Origin: Tubulanus polymorphus | Lineage: Eukaryota > Animalia > Nemertea | Assembly (NCBI RefSeq): GCF_964204645.1 | Contig: NC_134027.1 | Coordinates: forward strand, 22,406,560-22,470,559 | Direction of reading: 5' to 3' | Length of the DNA: 64,000 bases | Shown here: one piece after another, positions 50,611-64,000 of the stretch | Layout of the letters: every line of letters begins with the position of its first letter | How positions within the stretch are numbered: the first letter of the stretch is position 1 | The notes under the pieces: generated by a model | What the model was told of the DNA's origin: nothing | The model's input: only the letters and a program-made list of their open reading frames with translations | Databases searched by the model: none | Position numbers and translations under genes: made by a program

Positions 50611-53600
50611 ATGGGTAAATCAGTTTACATCGGTCTACTGATTTGGCTTAGTTTTGCCGCACGTATCGAACCCGGTAAGTTGCATTTACAAACACAACGA
50701 ATCTATTTAAATCTGATGCAGTCGTTTCGGGATTTGACGGAAATACGTTATAGCCTGTCGGTGCCACGCAGTACCTCATAGTACCGAGTATGCAGCCGTG
50801 AGATGGGAGTAGCAAAAAGTTTTTCCATCATCGCTGCTGGAGACTTTGCCCGAACCCCAGCCCAAATAGACTCGATGCGCCTATGCTTGCGCAGTATTGC
50901 CGTGATGTGATTGATATCAGCCAACGATCAGAAATCACGTTTCATTTTAGCCCGGGTTATTCTACTTCTATCGCTTAAGCAATTACTATACCCAACAGGC
51001 AATCTGAGTAATAGGACTCAGTGGTGCGACTATATTATGTGCATTTGGGCCCTTCGGATAGGGTTTCGTGCCGTGGTGTACTTGAGCGCCACGCAGGGCA
51101 TTATCTTTTTGTCTTAGGCCGGATTGACCCTGTTATTCATTTGATTAGGTAGATTTCGTTCGATTTTTTGATTTGGCGTCAATAAAAACCCATCACACCT
51201 GCCGGGAGCGAAACAGGGGGTTTGATTTTGAAATCGGAAATCGAAGTACGCAGGGCATTATTAGCGGGTTTGATTTTTCTTTTCCCCGTCTAGTATGCAG
51301 AGGCCAAAGAACGTTCGACCAAGTACCTCTGTCGCCACCAGGATTCGAGACCTGGATTGAAGAGACCAGCGACCGGTGGCTTGAAATAAATACATTAATG
51401 TTTATGATACATTATACCTAATCTTTTAAACCCGATGCCCCAATGATAATTAGTTTTTTGTTGACGAAACAATTGAATTTCAGTGAAATGGACGGTTATC
51501 GTGATCACTGGACATGAGCATTATGGCGGAATCACCGGTGATATTTATCTCAACATATTCGGGGAAAAGGGACAGAAAAAGATGATGTATTATAATGAAT
51601 TCTCGCGATACAAGACGTCCGTAGTAACGATGGAAGCGGAAATGAGAACTCCTAAACGCGTCGTGTTAGAATTGAGATTGACGTACTACGCGCACGATAA
51701 AGGCTGGATACCGAAAAAGGTTATTGTAGAGCACCCTGTCCAGAATTGAAACAGGGGAAAACCGAAAAAAAAACAGGAGATGAAAACATGTTTCCGAGCG
51801 TTTCCTGTGTCGTGTACCCAACGCACACGATGCAGGGAATCACAGAAACACGGAATCAATCCGGATCACGGATACGTTGTTCCCGAAACCAGGTTTTTCG
51901 TTTCTCGTAGGGGCTAAACGCACACAACAAGGGGAAACAGAAACATGTTTTTCAAGCGTTTTCCTGTGTCGCGTACCTTTACGAGAAACAAGAAACATGA
52001 TATCGGGAACATGCTTGTTTCCGTATATTTCTCTGCGTTATATGCGTGGGCTTTATCGAAGGAGAATGTATCGACCACGGGGAAAATTTCGTTGAACTAC
52101 CATCAGTTGAATTCATAACTGTATTATTCATTTCTGTACAGGTCATACTCCGGCGACAAATAAACGGAACTGAAGTATCTTATACATTCGCGTGTAACGG
52201 TCGATGGATGTATAGCGGTTACGTACAAATCTTACATAATCCGGTTGTTTCGCCACCTGGTATGTTGTCATTCGTTTGAAATGGTGGGAAATAGCCTACA
52301 AAAAACTACCAAGATATATGTGTAACGAATTATCAAACTTTTGCATAGATTTCAAAGATTATTTCATGCGTATGAATAGCACTACCGAACGTCCTACAGA
52401 TGGCGTAACTGGTAAGGTTTTTCAATAAATTAGAGGGTTTAAGGCAGGCTTTAAGCACGCCTAAATAACGGAATATGACCTCTTTGCGTTCGTTTTTATT
52501 CATTAATGATAAGTTAGTTTGTGCTACATGTTTTCCATTTCCTACCCAGGTACATTCGACAATCGGACCACAACCACAGCCGATTCTACAACTGCAGGTT
52601 GGTGATTCTCATTTATAGAATTTTCTCTTTCCGCCGTAAGATATCGTGAAATAAAAACGTCCCTTCGTGTGATGTTGATTTAAGCGAAATAAACATCTTC
52701 CCTCCGGCCTCACAGCTGTGACGAGATGTGACTACAAGTACAGCCTCTGTGGAAAGGCCCGTGATGTAAAAGCTAGCTCATGTCGGGCTACGAGTCGACG
52801 GATACCGGCTAGATATCAGCAACCAGAAGGAACTAGCGGCCGGCACGCCGCAGTTTGCCGTCAAATCCGCCCGACATTAGCCGGCTTACAACACTCAGCC
52901 CGACGACAACAGACTCGTCACAAGCCCTATTACACTAGTTGCTCATTTTCTACTCCAGATCTTACCGTATCCCGCCAGTTGCTTTCGAGCGCAACCGACC
53001 CTGAGCTCAGCTAATTACAAGGCGACGGAACTGAGTTTTTGGGCTATTTTGCCATATTTGCTATATTGGTTATTTCTATTGATGTTGCCAGCATATTTCA
53101 TTTATCGCTCAACAGCATATTTCATATCAACAACCAACATGTATGATTCCGAACCTTGGATGCCTGAATTTTACAGAGGACAATTCATGCATTATATATT
53201 TATATAAATGCATACTGTGCTGACATACAAATATTCAAAACATTCAAAGTAAATTTTCCATAAATCTGACTGATTTTCCTTCTTAACAAATATCCCTATG
53301 TTAAGCGCCCCCTATAGGCCAAGAATCTCAAAAAAATCTCAGTGGCAGACCGGTGTTTCACGGTGGGGGGTACCTTTCATTTAAGCCCAAAAATGACCAT
53401 GGATTGGTCTTGGATGGCTGACTACAATGAATGCGTACAGCCCGTAGTCACTGGGACTTTCTTTGACGTCATTGCGCATCAAACTTCCGCCAAGCTCGTA
53501 CAAGCGCTCGACTGCCACAGCTGACTGTCATTTGATGGTAAATATATGGAGAAAATTGTCCCCTTTTTGGCACAGCTTGAATATTTTGATTGATTATTTC

Positions 53601-54473
53601 AGAACCAACAACCCTAGGCCAAATGAGTGCAATCACGTGGATGACGATATTTCTACCGATAGGTGGTGTGCTAGTCGTGTTGGTGGTTGTCATTTGTGCC
53701 GTCCTGGTCGTTCGTCGTCGCAAACGACCATCCCAGGCGCCAGGTACGTATCAATTTTTTAAAATCCCGGCGCACACCTCAACGATCATCGGATGATAGC
53801 ATGATCGCATTCCGTGTCCTTGGACAGCTACGCTACTCGTGTTTGTTGTTTTTGGGCATCGTGTGACTTTAATGTACGTGCGAAATCTCACAATAAATCA
53901 GCCAAAGATGAAAAGTTCTCAAATGATAATCTCTGATGAGGAACCCGCTGAAAATTTTCCCCACCAGGGCGGCGCTACGAACGGTAGAACCGCCGACTAA
54001 CCCGGAAGTGGGCCTCATTCATTGTAAAATCTCGTCAAACACCTAAAGCACCCCCTGGATCCGCGCCTGCTTTAAGTTTGACCTTATTCATTTTGCGTCA
54101 TCGTGAAGATTCCAACATTTCGTTCATATCTCCTCTGGATTGGATTAAGATAGAAACCAAGTAAAAATATCGAGGAACTTAGCTGATAATTAACTTCTTT
54201 ATGATATCGCTCATTTATAAAGTTAGTGCAACAATGCGCGCTGGTGAAGTTATCAACATTGATATCGTCTTCCCGATAATTCTACATTTTTGAAGTTTTC
54301 AGGATCAATAGACATCTATATGTGGTCTTAAATATTTTTTACCGTTTTCACCTATCGTTTATCCAGGTCAACGCATGAGCGAAATGTACACTACTCCAAT
54401 AACGCTGGCCACAACTAATGAGGAGGCTACTTACAGCGAGGTTAGCTTTGCTACACACTTCCAGAAACGTTAA
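50611..54473 (+). CDS. Type I membrane protein: signal peptide, PLAT/LH2 domain, Thr-rich stalk, TM, cytoplasmic tail with YSEV (7 exons, ~258 aa)
   Basis: Exons 50611-50674, 51484-51719, 52142-52259, 52349-52411, 52550-52597, 53603-53743 and 54367-54473 join in frame. PLAT motifs: WTVIVITG..GGITGDIYLNIFGEKG, GWIPKKVIL, YTFACNGRWM. TM IFLPIGGVLVVLVVVICAVLVV is followed by RRRKR. Confidence 0.82.
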
Positions 54474-55637
54474 GGTGAGACGGTGGAAATCACCATTCAG
54501 TGAAATTTCATATAGAGGACCCCGCAAATTATGGCTTGGACTAGTCTCAGGGTTGCAGCATTACATTTTTTTTCTGAAATACTTTTCACTATTCCATGGA
54601 TAGATTCAACTCATTTAATCTATTCTAATTTCGGCCTATGTCCTGTAACGGACCAAATCAATGTTGGACGTTTAGAAACCAAGTTTTTGAATTCGATGTT
54701 GCCTATGGTTCAGCTAGACGCAAGACTGTGACCGACAGGCGATTAAAGCAAAGTTTCTATTGACCTGAGTCAGTCTTTTTGGTCTTAGTTGGTCCGTTCT
54801 AAATTGGAACGGACTAAATTCAAAACGTTCTTCATGTGTGTGTTAGCGCGGATAATGGAACAGTAGTTCCTCCAAGATGTTACCTTTCGAAAGACTCCCT
54901 GGCTCGTTATAATTAGCAGGTGCATCGTTTACCAAATGCGGTTCGAATCCCAAATTTAGGGTTAAACATGACTTCGAACCTTGATTTTTTCAGTTACTCT
55001 TTTATCACAAGTTTACACCGAGTCATCACGAATGCCGACATGTGACGTCATATCGATTCGGACACGGACGTTTTACCGGATGTGAACGAGTGCTGCCCTC
55101 TATTCATTGATACCATATCCAAGAAGATTTGTCATCTTGCAGAAATTATGACGAGCGGGATCGCACCTTGGCAACACTTTTCCACACAGTCAGGACTAGT
55201 TTCAATGAGGCCAGGCAAAGCTAAATGTGGCGATTCGAAAATCAAATACTTTGACTTAATCCAGTATTCGTACTTGATGACATTATGTGACGGCGTTCCA
55301 CTAGGCTAATTCGATAGTTCAATAAAACTGCGAGTGAATAAATCCATGATCGGGTTGCTATCTGTTTATGATTCGTCGGTGAAGATTTTCTGAACTGGTT
55401 CTAATATATAGCCGCGGCGAATTCACTTGAGAAACACGGTACTCATTAAGAACGTAATTCAGTAGATTTATTGCCGCGGCTTTCGTCGCTGCAGACGCTC
55501 TGTAGGCCTACTTCCAACGCCACTGATTTCAAAGTGATCAACAGGATGCGCAATTTGGGTAATATTTTAGAGCATCCACGGCGAAACGGAAGTGATATTG
55601 GTAGAAACAAAATAGATATCTGTAGGGTTGAATCGCT

Positions 55638-55710
55638 GAAGGGTTAGGGCTTAGGGTCCAGGGTTAGGGTCAAGAGGGTCCATAGGATTAGGGTTAGGGT
55701 AAGGGTTAGG
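55638..55710 (+). repeat. Degenerate (TTAGGG)n-like tract
   Basis: agggttagggcttagggtccagggttaggg..ttagggttagggtaagggttagg; a similar tract lies at ~10605-10680. Confidence 0.6.
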
Positions 55711-57494
55711 ATCACAGAAAGTGGTTTGGGGCTCTTGACCATTTGGGAGCTCTTGACCGTCATATATTATAACAGGAAAGGGTTAAGGGTAAGGCTATAA
55801 GTAGTCAAAAAGTTACGTGGATTGCCAGCCGCTGGGTTGCTACAGTGGTTAGAATGCTGAAACATTACACAACTTGCACAGGATGCGCCGTTCCATCCGC
55901 GGTGAGGAACATCAATCGTTCAATTAATTTGAAGACAAAGGGTTTAATTAATGCCTTAAATACCTTATTCCCGATTTACCTTCTCAGTGCATGCGAGTAT
56001 TAGATTTGGTAACCGGCATTAATATTAATTTTATCTTTCATTATTATTCTATGTACAAATAATTTTATGCATATTTTTTATTGTGTACAAAAATGTAATG
56101 TCATCATAAACATTGAATTGAATTGAATGCCAGTCCTAGGTATTTGTATGCCTAAGTCCAGCAATGCAGAGGGCAGGTTATTCGACTTAGACTGTCAATT
56201 CATTTTTCAAATGCAAACCTTTTGCGGATTTTAGGCAGTTCATCGCAACCCCCTTATTTACCTAACGCTATAAGGGATTGTCCGTGTACATTGGCCTGAT
56301 GTTCTACGAATACGCGTGCATTGGTATGTCCCAAACATGGAGGAGCTGGTATCTATCCCATCTGTGTTTTAGAGCGGGGCGGTGGCTCCTGACACGCCTC
56401 TCCCCTGAAGAACCAGTCTGATTCCCTGTAGAGCACAATGGATGGTGGGTGTAAGGGAATGCATGTATGTCTCCCAGTCGAGTCATTTCTGTTACCGTAT
56501 TGTTTCTTGTCAAACTGACAATGGATTCGAGTTGGAAGAATGTCAGTTGAAATGTCAAGCAAGACAAATTTCGGTTGCCGGAGTTATTCGACTATTGGCG
56601 AACTAAGCCGAAATTCAGCTTGACAGATCTATAGTCAGGAAATAACGCAAGTTGAGCACGAAGTTTGACCTATTCCAAGATAGCCCGCGCTGTGAAATGT
56701 GTAAGACCGAACTGCCATGCGTTCGTTTAATTAGACAAATAGTCGAAATCCGAAGGTCGTCAAATACGACAAAGTATGTAACCAATTTTCTCGTCAAATC
56801 ATCATTGAATAAATGCCAGCTGTTGGTTACCAGTGTAACAGTGACCCTCTTTATCCTCAAGACGTGTGAACCTCCATCTGATATAAAATGAACAGTAGAA
56901 ATTTTGCTTTCTTTGTACGCTTTTTTCGCTTTATAGTTTTTCTTTAAAACAAATTGTGACGTACACACACAGCCATCTATATACATGCGTAGAAATGATG
57001 ATATAATTTAAAAGATTAATGCAAAACATTCAGTTCAATTCTATTTCATGTATATCTACATTCATTTAATTTAGAAACTATAAAACACGTATTTATATAT
57101 TTCTATTTATATTTGATAAAAGTACAGATATGTTAAGATGTTTGAATTAATTCCGATTTTAAATTCAATTTAAACCCTTCAAAGATATGGCTGACTCCAT
57201 TGTGATGATTCACGAACCAAACTTTTGCCTCTAACGTAGCGACGTGATATTGAATTGCCGGCATCTTCTAAATCAGGTTCGTTCATTTGTTGGCAATAAT
57301 CGATGACGTCATTAGAACTTTATGGGGTAGCCTTCCTTAAAGTCTATCAGTAGTTGGATAACGCATGCGAAAGGTATTATTATATTGTCCAATGTGAAAA
57401 TTATTTGATAATTTTTTTGGCATTTCCAGTGAGTTTGAACTTAAACTTTGATCAAATAGGGGATTTTCAAATAAGGGGATCATAGTCACGTCTG

Positions 57495-58510
57495 TTATCG
57501 AAGTTGATGAATAACGAAGGTCAGGACGGTTACTAAGACGAGAGATGACAGAGCTAGCGTCGATTTGTCGGCCGAGTTGCAGTTGTGACCGGTGCAACAG
57601 TATTGATCCAATTTCAAACCCCCCGTATACGTAATGTTGCCCTCATTGCACTTCACGTACGGGCTATAACACCCTTTTAACTCCCAGGCAATACCGTCTA
57701 CTGTCCCGACTTGTTTCTAAAACAATGGAAAAAACATAACAACAATAGATATCAATAGATTCCAATTTAAAGTTCGCGTAAGTAGGTTTAGATATTTAAG
57801 TATACTTACGTAGCACGGGCCTTTGGTTGTACATTTGGTGTTATGGCGACAATAGTCATTTTTACAAAATTTGAAGTAGCAATCATCGGCGAACACAACT
57901 GAAATAGAATGAATTTCAAACTTTGCGGTGATATACGTGCAAAACATTAGGGTCCTTCCCGATTTTTTGGTAATATTGGTCTCCTTAGGGGCTGGTACCC
58001 CAGTTCTACGACGATCCACGGACTTCAAAGCGGTGGCTTGATAAATGATGAGTAGCTGAAAATGCCGATAATTCGAAATACTCAATATTCAAGTTAAATC
58101 TTAGCATTCCAGCCAAATCGGGTTTGTTACAAAGAACCATATCCTTCTTCGTGTAAATATCTTCAACTTTCCATGTGAGCTTAAATAGCGTCGGGACATC
58201 GATTTTAATTTGAAATTCTTCAATACGTATATAATATGACTTTGATTCAAGTTATAGTACGCGTATATTTCGTAAAGATGAGCGCCGGCCCTTTTATCCC
58301 TCAAACGACCTTCGCATGAACGAGAAATGCTGTCGTCATGTTATTCTCCAGATTTCTGAACCATAGTTTGGCATCTACATCCTTTTCTAAAGCTAATAAC
58401 ACATTTAAATCTACATCAACGTATTCTACTGTTTTGATTCGTTTGCAAAACCTACCAGATGCGCAAAAAGCTAGCGCCAACAGGACACAAATCGGCGAAT
58501 TATAATTCAT
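57495..58510 (-). CDS. Ly6/uPAR three-finger, predicted GPI-anchored protein A (3 exons, ~121 aa)
   Basis: Exons 58510-58456, 57898-57810 and 57716-57495 join in frame. Signal peptide, 10 Cys ending CCTGHNCN, and a hydrophobic GPI-signal-like tail. Confidence 0.9.
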
Positions 58511-59900
58511 TTTCGGCGTAGTGTGATCAGCGTATAAAATGTCCTCCACGAACAACTCCCACAAACGCGCGTGTACATTAAAACATACACAGCTTTAACA
58601 CAATATCCGCCGCTAGATAAGCTTAAAAAATAATGTCGATTGAAAGGATCTGTCCTACATCGATAGTGTCGTCGTAGAGAACAGGTTATTCAGTCGTGAA
58701 AAACGCATAGCGCCGAGCATTTCGAGTATACGCCGCGTTGATGACACGCGATTCATTGCTAGGAATATATATCAAGGGCCTCTTTCAATCGTTCAACGTT
58801 TAAAATCTTGTGCCCGGTGGTTCGCAGCCAGGATTTTCAACAAGGGCGGGTCCAAACTTGGCCCATAGGGCATTTTTAGCGTGGATGAGACAACAGGTGA
58901 ATTTCAATAGCCTGTATGAGTGTCGCTTTTTTATCTTAAGACAGTGCACTTTTAGTTGCCCTTTCCATCAAAGAAGCCGGGCCTCTTTCATAAGAGTATG
59001 CTTAGTATGTTATGTATCATACGAACGGAATGACTTTAACAGATAAGTAATTTCTGAGTAAGGAGTTTTAAAGGAGAAAATATCAGATTTCGAGGAAGTT
59101 CTGCATCACTTTCATATCACAATTACTATAGACAGCACCTCCTAAATCGGTATTGTTCATATCGTAAAACCAGTAATTTGGCGACTTCGTAGGCAAATTA
59201 TTATCCTTTACACTATTAACTTGGTTCCTAATTTGTAACCGACTAATATGGCAAAAACAAATCCCAACTGAACCGATTTAGGCTTAGTTTACTGAGCGAG
59301 TACGAACTAGACAAAAACTCTCAAGATTAAATGCGTTTCGGGCGTTTTACTCAAATGAAAGTAGTTTCAATCACCTTTAAATCCATTTCCCTTTGAGAAG
59401 GGTTTTTTAAGTAATCAAGGAGTCATAAGGACCCGTTGCATATGTTCAAGGGTCGAGGTTCTTTTGCACCTTAAATGTATCCGACCAGAAGAAAATTCGT
59501 TAATCTTCAGCCAACTGTTTTAAGTTGTTCGAAGGTTCACACTCGACCACGAAAGTCCGTTTCATTCAGCTAATATAGTACATTTACATAAAAACGCGGT
59601 TGGTTATCGATTAATTTTCAACTAGCATTTGATCCTCCTTCGTGAGAAGTTTTGGCAAATTAAGTTTCTTCATAATTCGGGTTGATCTTTACGGTTCATA
59701 TAGCGTGATTTAAGTATTCAGTATTATATCAGCTATCGATTCAATTCCACTTTTGAGTATAAATGAAGGTTTGAGGGTAAATGATTGTAGCCCTTGGCGG
59801 GCGATCAAAGAAAGGTGCATTCTTGTTTTTTTCGGTTGGGGCATTTAAGGGGCCCTGGACCCTCAAAAACCCCAAATATTCACTGTCAATTCCACTTTTA

Positions 59901-60972
59901 AGTATAAACATGAAAAAGCGTGAATGATGCACGATGATGTGTCTATTACAAATCTAACTCTTAGGAACGACAATTTTGGCCCGTTTTCATTTACAACCAG
60001 GGGTCACATAGGGGGTCACATGGGCGGATCATTTCTATTTCTGAGTATACATCTCAAATTCTTTAATTAATTTATATCAAGTTCCCTGATGCCTACTGAT
60101 CAAAGAAACATTACTTAAGAATGGATATGTTGGGGCAAATTTATTTAAGTCATGGGCCATTCAATTCATAAGAGATCTTCGCGTCGAAAATCAGCGGCAA
60201 ACAACGAAAATGGAGACAAGCTACAAAAATCTAATAATTAATTATCTAATGTTCATTCAGTATAAAGATGAAAAAGCGTGAATGATGCACGATGATGTGT
60301 CTATTACAAATCTAACTCTTAGGAACGACAATTTTGGCCCGTTTTCATTTAAGACCAGGGGTCACATAGGGGTCATGGGCGGATTATTTTACATTTCTGA
60401 GTATACATGTCAAAATTTTTAATTAATCTATATCAAGTTTCCTGATGCCTACTGATCAAAGAAACATTACTTAAGAATGGGGTATTTTGGGGCAAATGTA
60501 TTTAAGTCATGGGCCATTCAATTCATAAGAGATCTTCGCGTCGAAAATCAGCGGCAAACAACGAAAATGGAGACAAGCTACAAAAATCTAATAATTAATT
60601 ATCTAATGTTCATTCAGTATAAAGATGAAAAAGCGTGAATGATGCACGATGATGTGTCTATTACAAATCTAACTCTTAGGAACGACAATTTTGGCCCGTT
60701 TTCATTTAAGACCAGGGGTCACATAGGGGTCATGGGCGGATTATTTTACATTTCTGAGTATACATGTCAAAATTTTTAATTAATCTATATCAAGTTTCCT
60801 GATGCCTACTGATCAAAGAAACATTACTTAAGAATGGGGTATTTTGGGGCAAATGTATTTAAGTCATGGGCCATTCAATTCATAAGAGATCTTCGCGTCG
60901 AAAATCAGCGGCAAACAACGAAAATGGAGACAAGCTACAAAAATCTAATAATTAATTATCTAATGTTCATTC
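59901..60972. repeat. Three tandem ~357-bp units
   Basis: Units start at 59901, 60259 and 60616 (agtataaa.atgaaaaagcgtgaatgatgcacg). Units 2 and 3 appear identical by eye. Confidence 0.95.
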
Positions 60973-61316
60973 TATTAACATCTTAAAAGACAAACAGATT
61001 GCATTCTATGTACATGGTTAATTAAACGAATCAAAGGTCGGAAATCCCATCTTAGATTCATTTTAGAGATCTCAAAAATTTCGGTTACGATCGATTAAAA
61101 TACATTATCAACTTGTTTTACGGTCGTTTCTATACAATTATCGGACAGACGTTAAATTTCAATTTATATATCGATTAATCGAATATTCAAACATTCAATT
61201 CAAATTCCCGTTATTAAATTTCGATTTTCAAGAGATAAAAAATGATAGCTTAAAAATTCGATGACTTTTTTAATCAGGAAGTACACATTAAATTCGTTAT
61301 GGATTTATTGATTATC

Positions 61317-62098
61317 TCATAGAAATTGGCGAATGACGAAGGTCGAGGCGACGAAAACGATGGATGACAGAGCTAGCGTGGATTTTTCAGCCGAGTTACA
61401 GTAGTCGCCGGAACAACAGAGTTGAGTGAGTTTCAGGCCCCCGGTGTATGTGACGTTGCCCTCGTTACACTTCTCGTACGGACTGTAACAACCTTTCATC
61501 TCCCAGGAAATACCGTCTACATCGCCGATTTGTTTCTGAAAATGACAAAAAAAAATGGAAAATTAGAACTTAGAAAATGCGCGACTTCTTTTTAAGTGGT
61601 TATCATTGATCGCGAAGGAATGACTCCTCGGTTCAATCATGGACTCTGAAACGAGGACACTTCGTTTTATGGGCCATAGTGCAATGCCTATGGGGTGACC
61701 GCTGCCGATTGCGACAACCATCAGTCTAGTCCAGATATATTGATGGCATCCTCTCAAAAATAGATTACGCACATGAAAATTTTTCAAATAGAAAATAAAG
61801 AGTCATGAATTACGTAATTACAAAATGCATGCAAAATTCACGATTGTAATTGTTATTACGAAACGTCAATATCGATGACGTGGTGCACATCGACCCGCAC
61901 AGATCATAAACACGCATATTAACGGTTTTTACGGCGTCAAAAAACCCTTGAAAGATATGTTCCCTGTCGTTGTAAATTGACGGACTTTTTTTGTAAGACT
62001 TACGTAACACGGGCCATCAGTCAGGCACTTAGTATTCATCGATCCTGAACAGTCTCCATTTTTGCATATCTTGAAATAGCACTCCCACGACAGAACAG
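61317..62098 (-). CDS. Ly6/uPAR three-finger, predicted GPI-anchored protein B (exons 2-3; first exon uncertain)
   Basis: Exons 62098-62004 (ECYFKICKNGDCSGSMNTKCLTDGPCY) and 61535-61317 (KGCYSPYEKC..CCSGDYCN + hydrophobic tail) have the same phases as paralogue A. A tentative first exon is 63572-63533. Confidence 0.85.
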
Positions 62099-64000
62099 CT
62101 GAAAATAATCAATGGCGTTACGTGAGATGTTTGATATTTACGTTGCACGTTAAATTCGACTCTAAAAACCAGTTGTCGGTATCTCTTAACCCAGATACAC
62201 AGTTTTAGATTTCGACTCTGGGATTTAAGGTTTGCGTTTTGCAGCGTCAGTGGGGGACAGAGGTACGCATGCCCCCCCCCCCCAAAAAAAAGTTTTAGTT
62301 TCAACAAAATCCCCCTCAAAAAAAACAGGTGGCGCCGCTCCTGTGCAGGTGTGTTCATTTGAATATGGACTAGTTCCAAAGGTGTAGTTCGTTACCTAAT
62401 CGTTGGCGGTAAGCTTTTTATAATCGGATGGGCTTATACCGACCAATGTGGTTTGTGAAAATATTCGATCGTGAAACTAACCCACAGACAGGTTACTGAC
62501 TACAAAAGTGTGAGCTTTCGACGCTGGGTTGTGCTTTCTATTTCACTCTGAACCAGTTCTACGCTGGGCCTATTCCGTGAAATCCGATTCCAGAGTTGTT
62601 TCAAATATCTCGCTCCGCGGTAGCCCCTTGTCATTATCTCATTACAAATGAATAATACATCGAACGGTAGCTTCAGTCCATTATAGCTTAAATACGAATA
62701 TCGTTATATACGTAATCGAAAGAACACTATACTCGCTATATCAGTATGTGTGCCTAAATACACATTCTATTGGTCATTGGTCATTCTATTATTTGCAAGT
62801 CCATGGGTCAAAATAAAGATATACCGGTACATAATGTGTACAAATGAGTGAAGTACGTGTGTAGTCTATAGTTGTAGTTGGCGGAGAATAAATGGAAACC
62901 TTTGGTATTTACGAAAATCGTAATCCTTCCAGTCATATCTAGTATTTCTATATCGCTATCTATTTATTAACCGTACCATTAAAACGTCGTCGAAATACGA
63001 ATAAAATTCGAAATCTATTTCACCAGAAATTGGTAGGCGAATTTCGCGAAATTTCGAGTCGCTTTTCGGGCACATTTTTTATTTCAGGCCCGCGTTGTAT
63101 TTCAGTTTCCCTTTCTTTTTATTGGACCCTCGCCCTCTAGAAACGGCAGATCCGACGGTAGAATTAGTTCGGTTGGTTTGAACATTTTTCAAGCCCCGCG
63201 CAATCAATCAGATGCTATATTCGTGCTCTAAGAGTTCGGCATCCCGTCTGGCACAATATTAATTAGAACTAGACGTATATAGCGCGCTGATACCCAGATC
63301 AATAGATACAGATAAACTCATTAATCGGACAGACTTGTGTCGCGAATATATAGAAAAGTGATCGATAATTTATGGGTGTTCCCGACGACGCGCAAGTGAT
63401 TACTTTATGAGCGGTTGGTTTTATTTTAGGCGAAGCTATCATCATCTTATGTATTGATATTTTAAGATAACAGTTACTTGATAGATATCGATCCAGACGA
63501 AAGTCGATGTCTTCGTACTTAACTATACCCACCGGTATAATGGAAGAAAACACTAGGGCTAAATCTTTTCATTGCTTAACTACGGCGAGCCCATTCGATC
63601 AGCCTTTCCGTGAGGTTTAGGCAAGATAGAAATCAGAAATTGTCACCTTTCTAACGATTCCCAAGTGTGAATATTGTGCTAAAAGGGGGATGGACGACAA
63701 TTAATCGTGCTAGAGATCTGTCCAACCATGCGGGACCTCTGGGACCGCCTCAAAATGGCGCCTGGTAACTGGAAACTTCCTTATGTTACGGTCGTTGGAT
63801 AATTTCACAAACTGCAAACCGTATAAGCCAATCCGATTACACGAAATCTTATCGCCAATTGATAAGTTAATTCACTAAGGCGAGGCGAGTTTAAGTTCGA
63901 AAGTTAAAGGGACTGAACCGGTGCGCGACAATGGTGACTCGACATCTAGACCGACTACCTAACATAACGTATATTATACTATATTGCTTAGGGTTTGAAA

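Noticed and set aside
55638-55710. True telomere or chromosome fusion site
   Set aside because: Short and degenerate, with no head-to-head arrangement; such tracts are common inside invertebrate transposons.
56304-56986. Possible decayed gene on the minus strand
   Set aside because: Several short ORFs with stops in all frames and no motif I could assign; a tBLASTx search would be needed.
26106-63771. Giant 37-kb transposon bounded by inward-facing cagttaccaggcgccatttt ends
   Set aside because: No matching target-site duplication and no transposase; more simply two independent fragments of one family.

Overview
AT-rich, intron-containing eukaryotic DNA, most likely from a lophotrochozoan invertebrate (inferred from the GPCR type, repeat families and domain content). 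Splicing exons by hand gives these genes: a secreted PAN/apple + hemopexin-like gene (225-7960) whose second intron holds an antisense intronless GPCR and its pseudogene; two more intronless GPCRs and a GPCR fragment; a secreted beta-lactamase-fold protein with a degenerate active site fused to five BTRD1/polyglycine-hydrolase-like repeats (13364-21703); a tRNA-Val(AAC) inside a tandem duplication; a secreted PAN + GON gene; a type I membrane protein with an extracellular PLAT domain and a YxxV tail; and two Ly6/uPAR three-finger GPI-anchored paralogues. The intergenic and intronic DNA contains MITEs, CR1-like LINE remnants, Penelope-like ends with minimal hammerhead motifs, satellites and a large inverted duplication. 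All domain calls come from motif recognition by eye; no database search was run.
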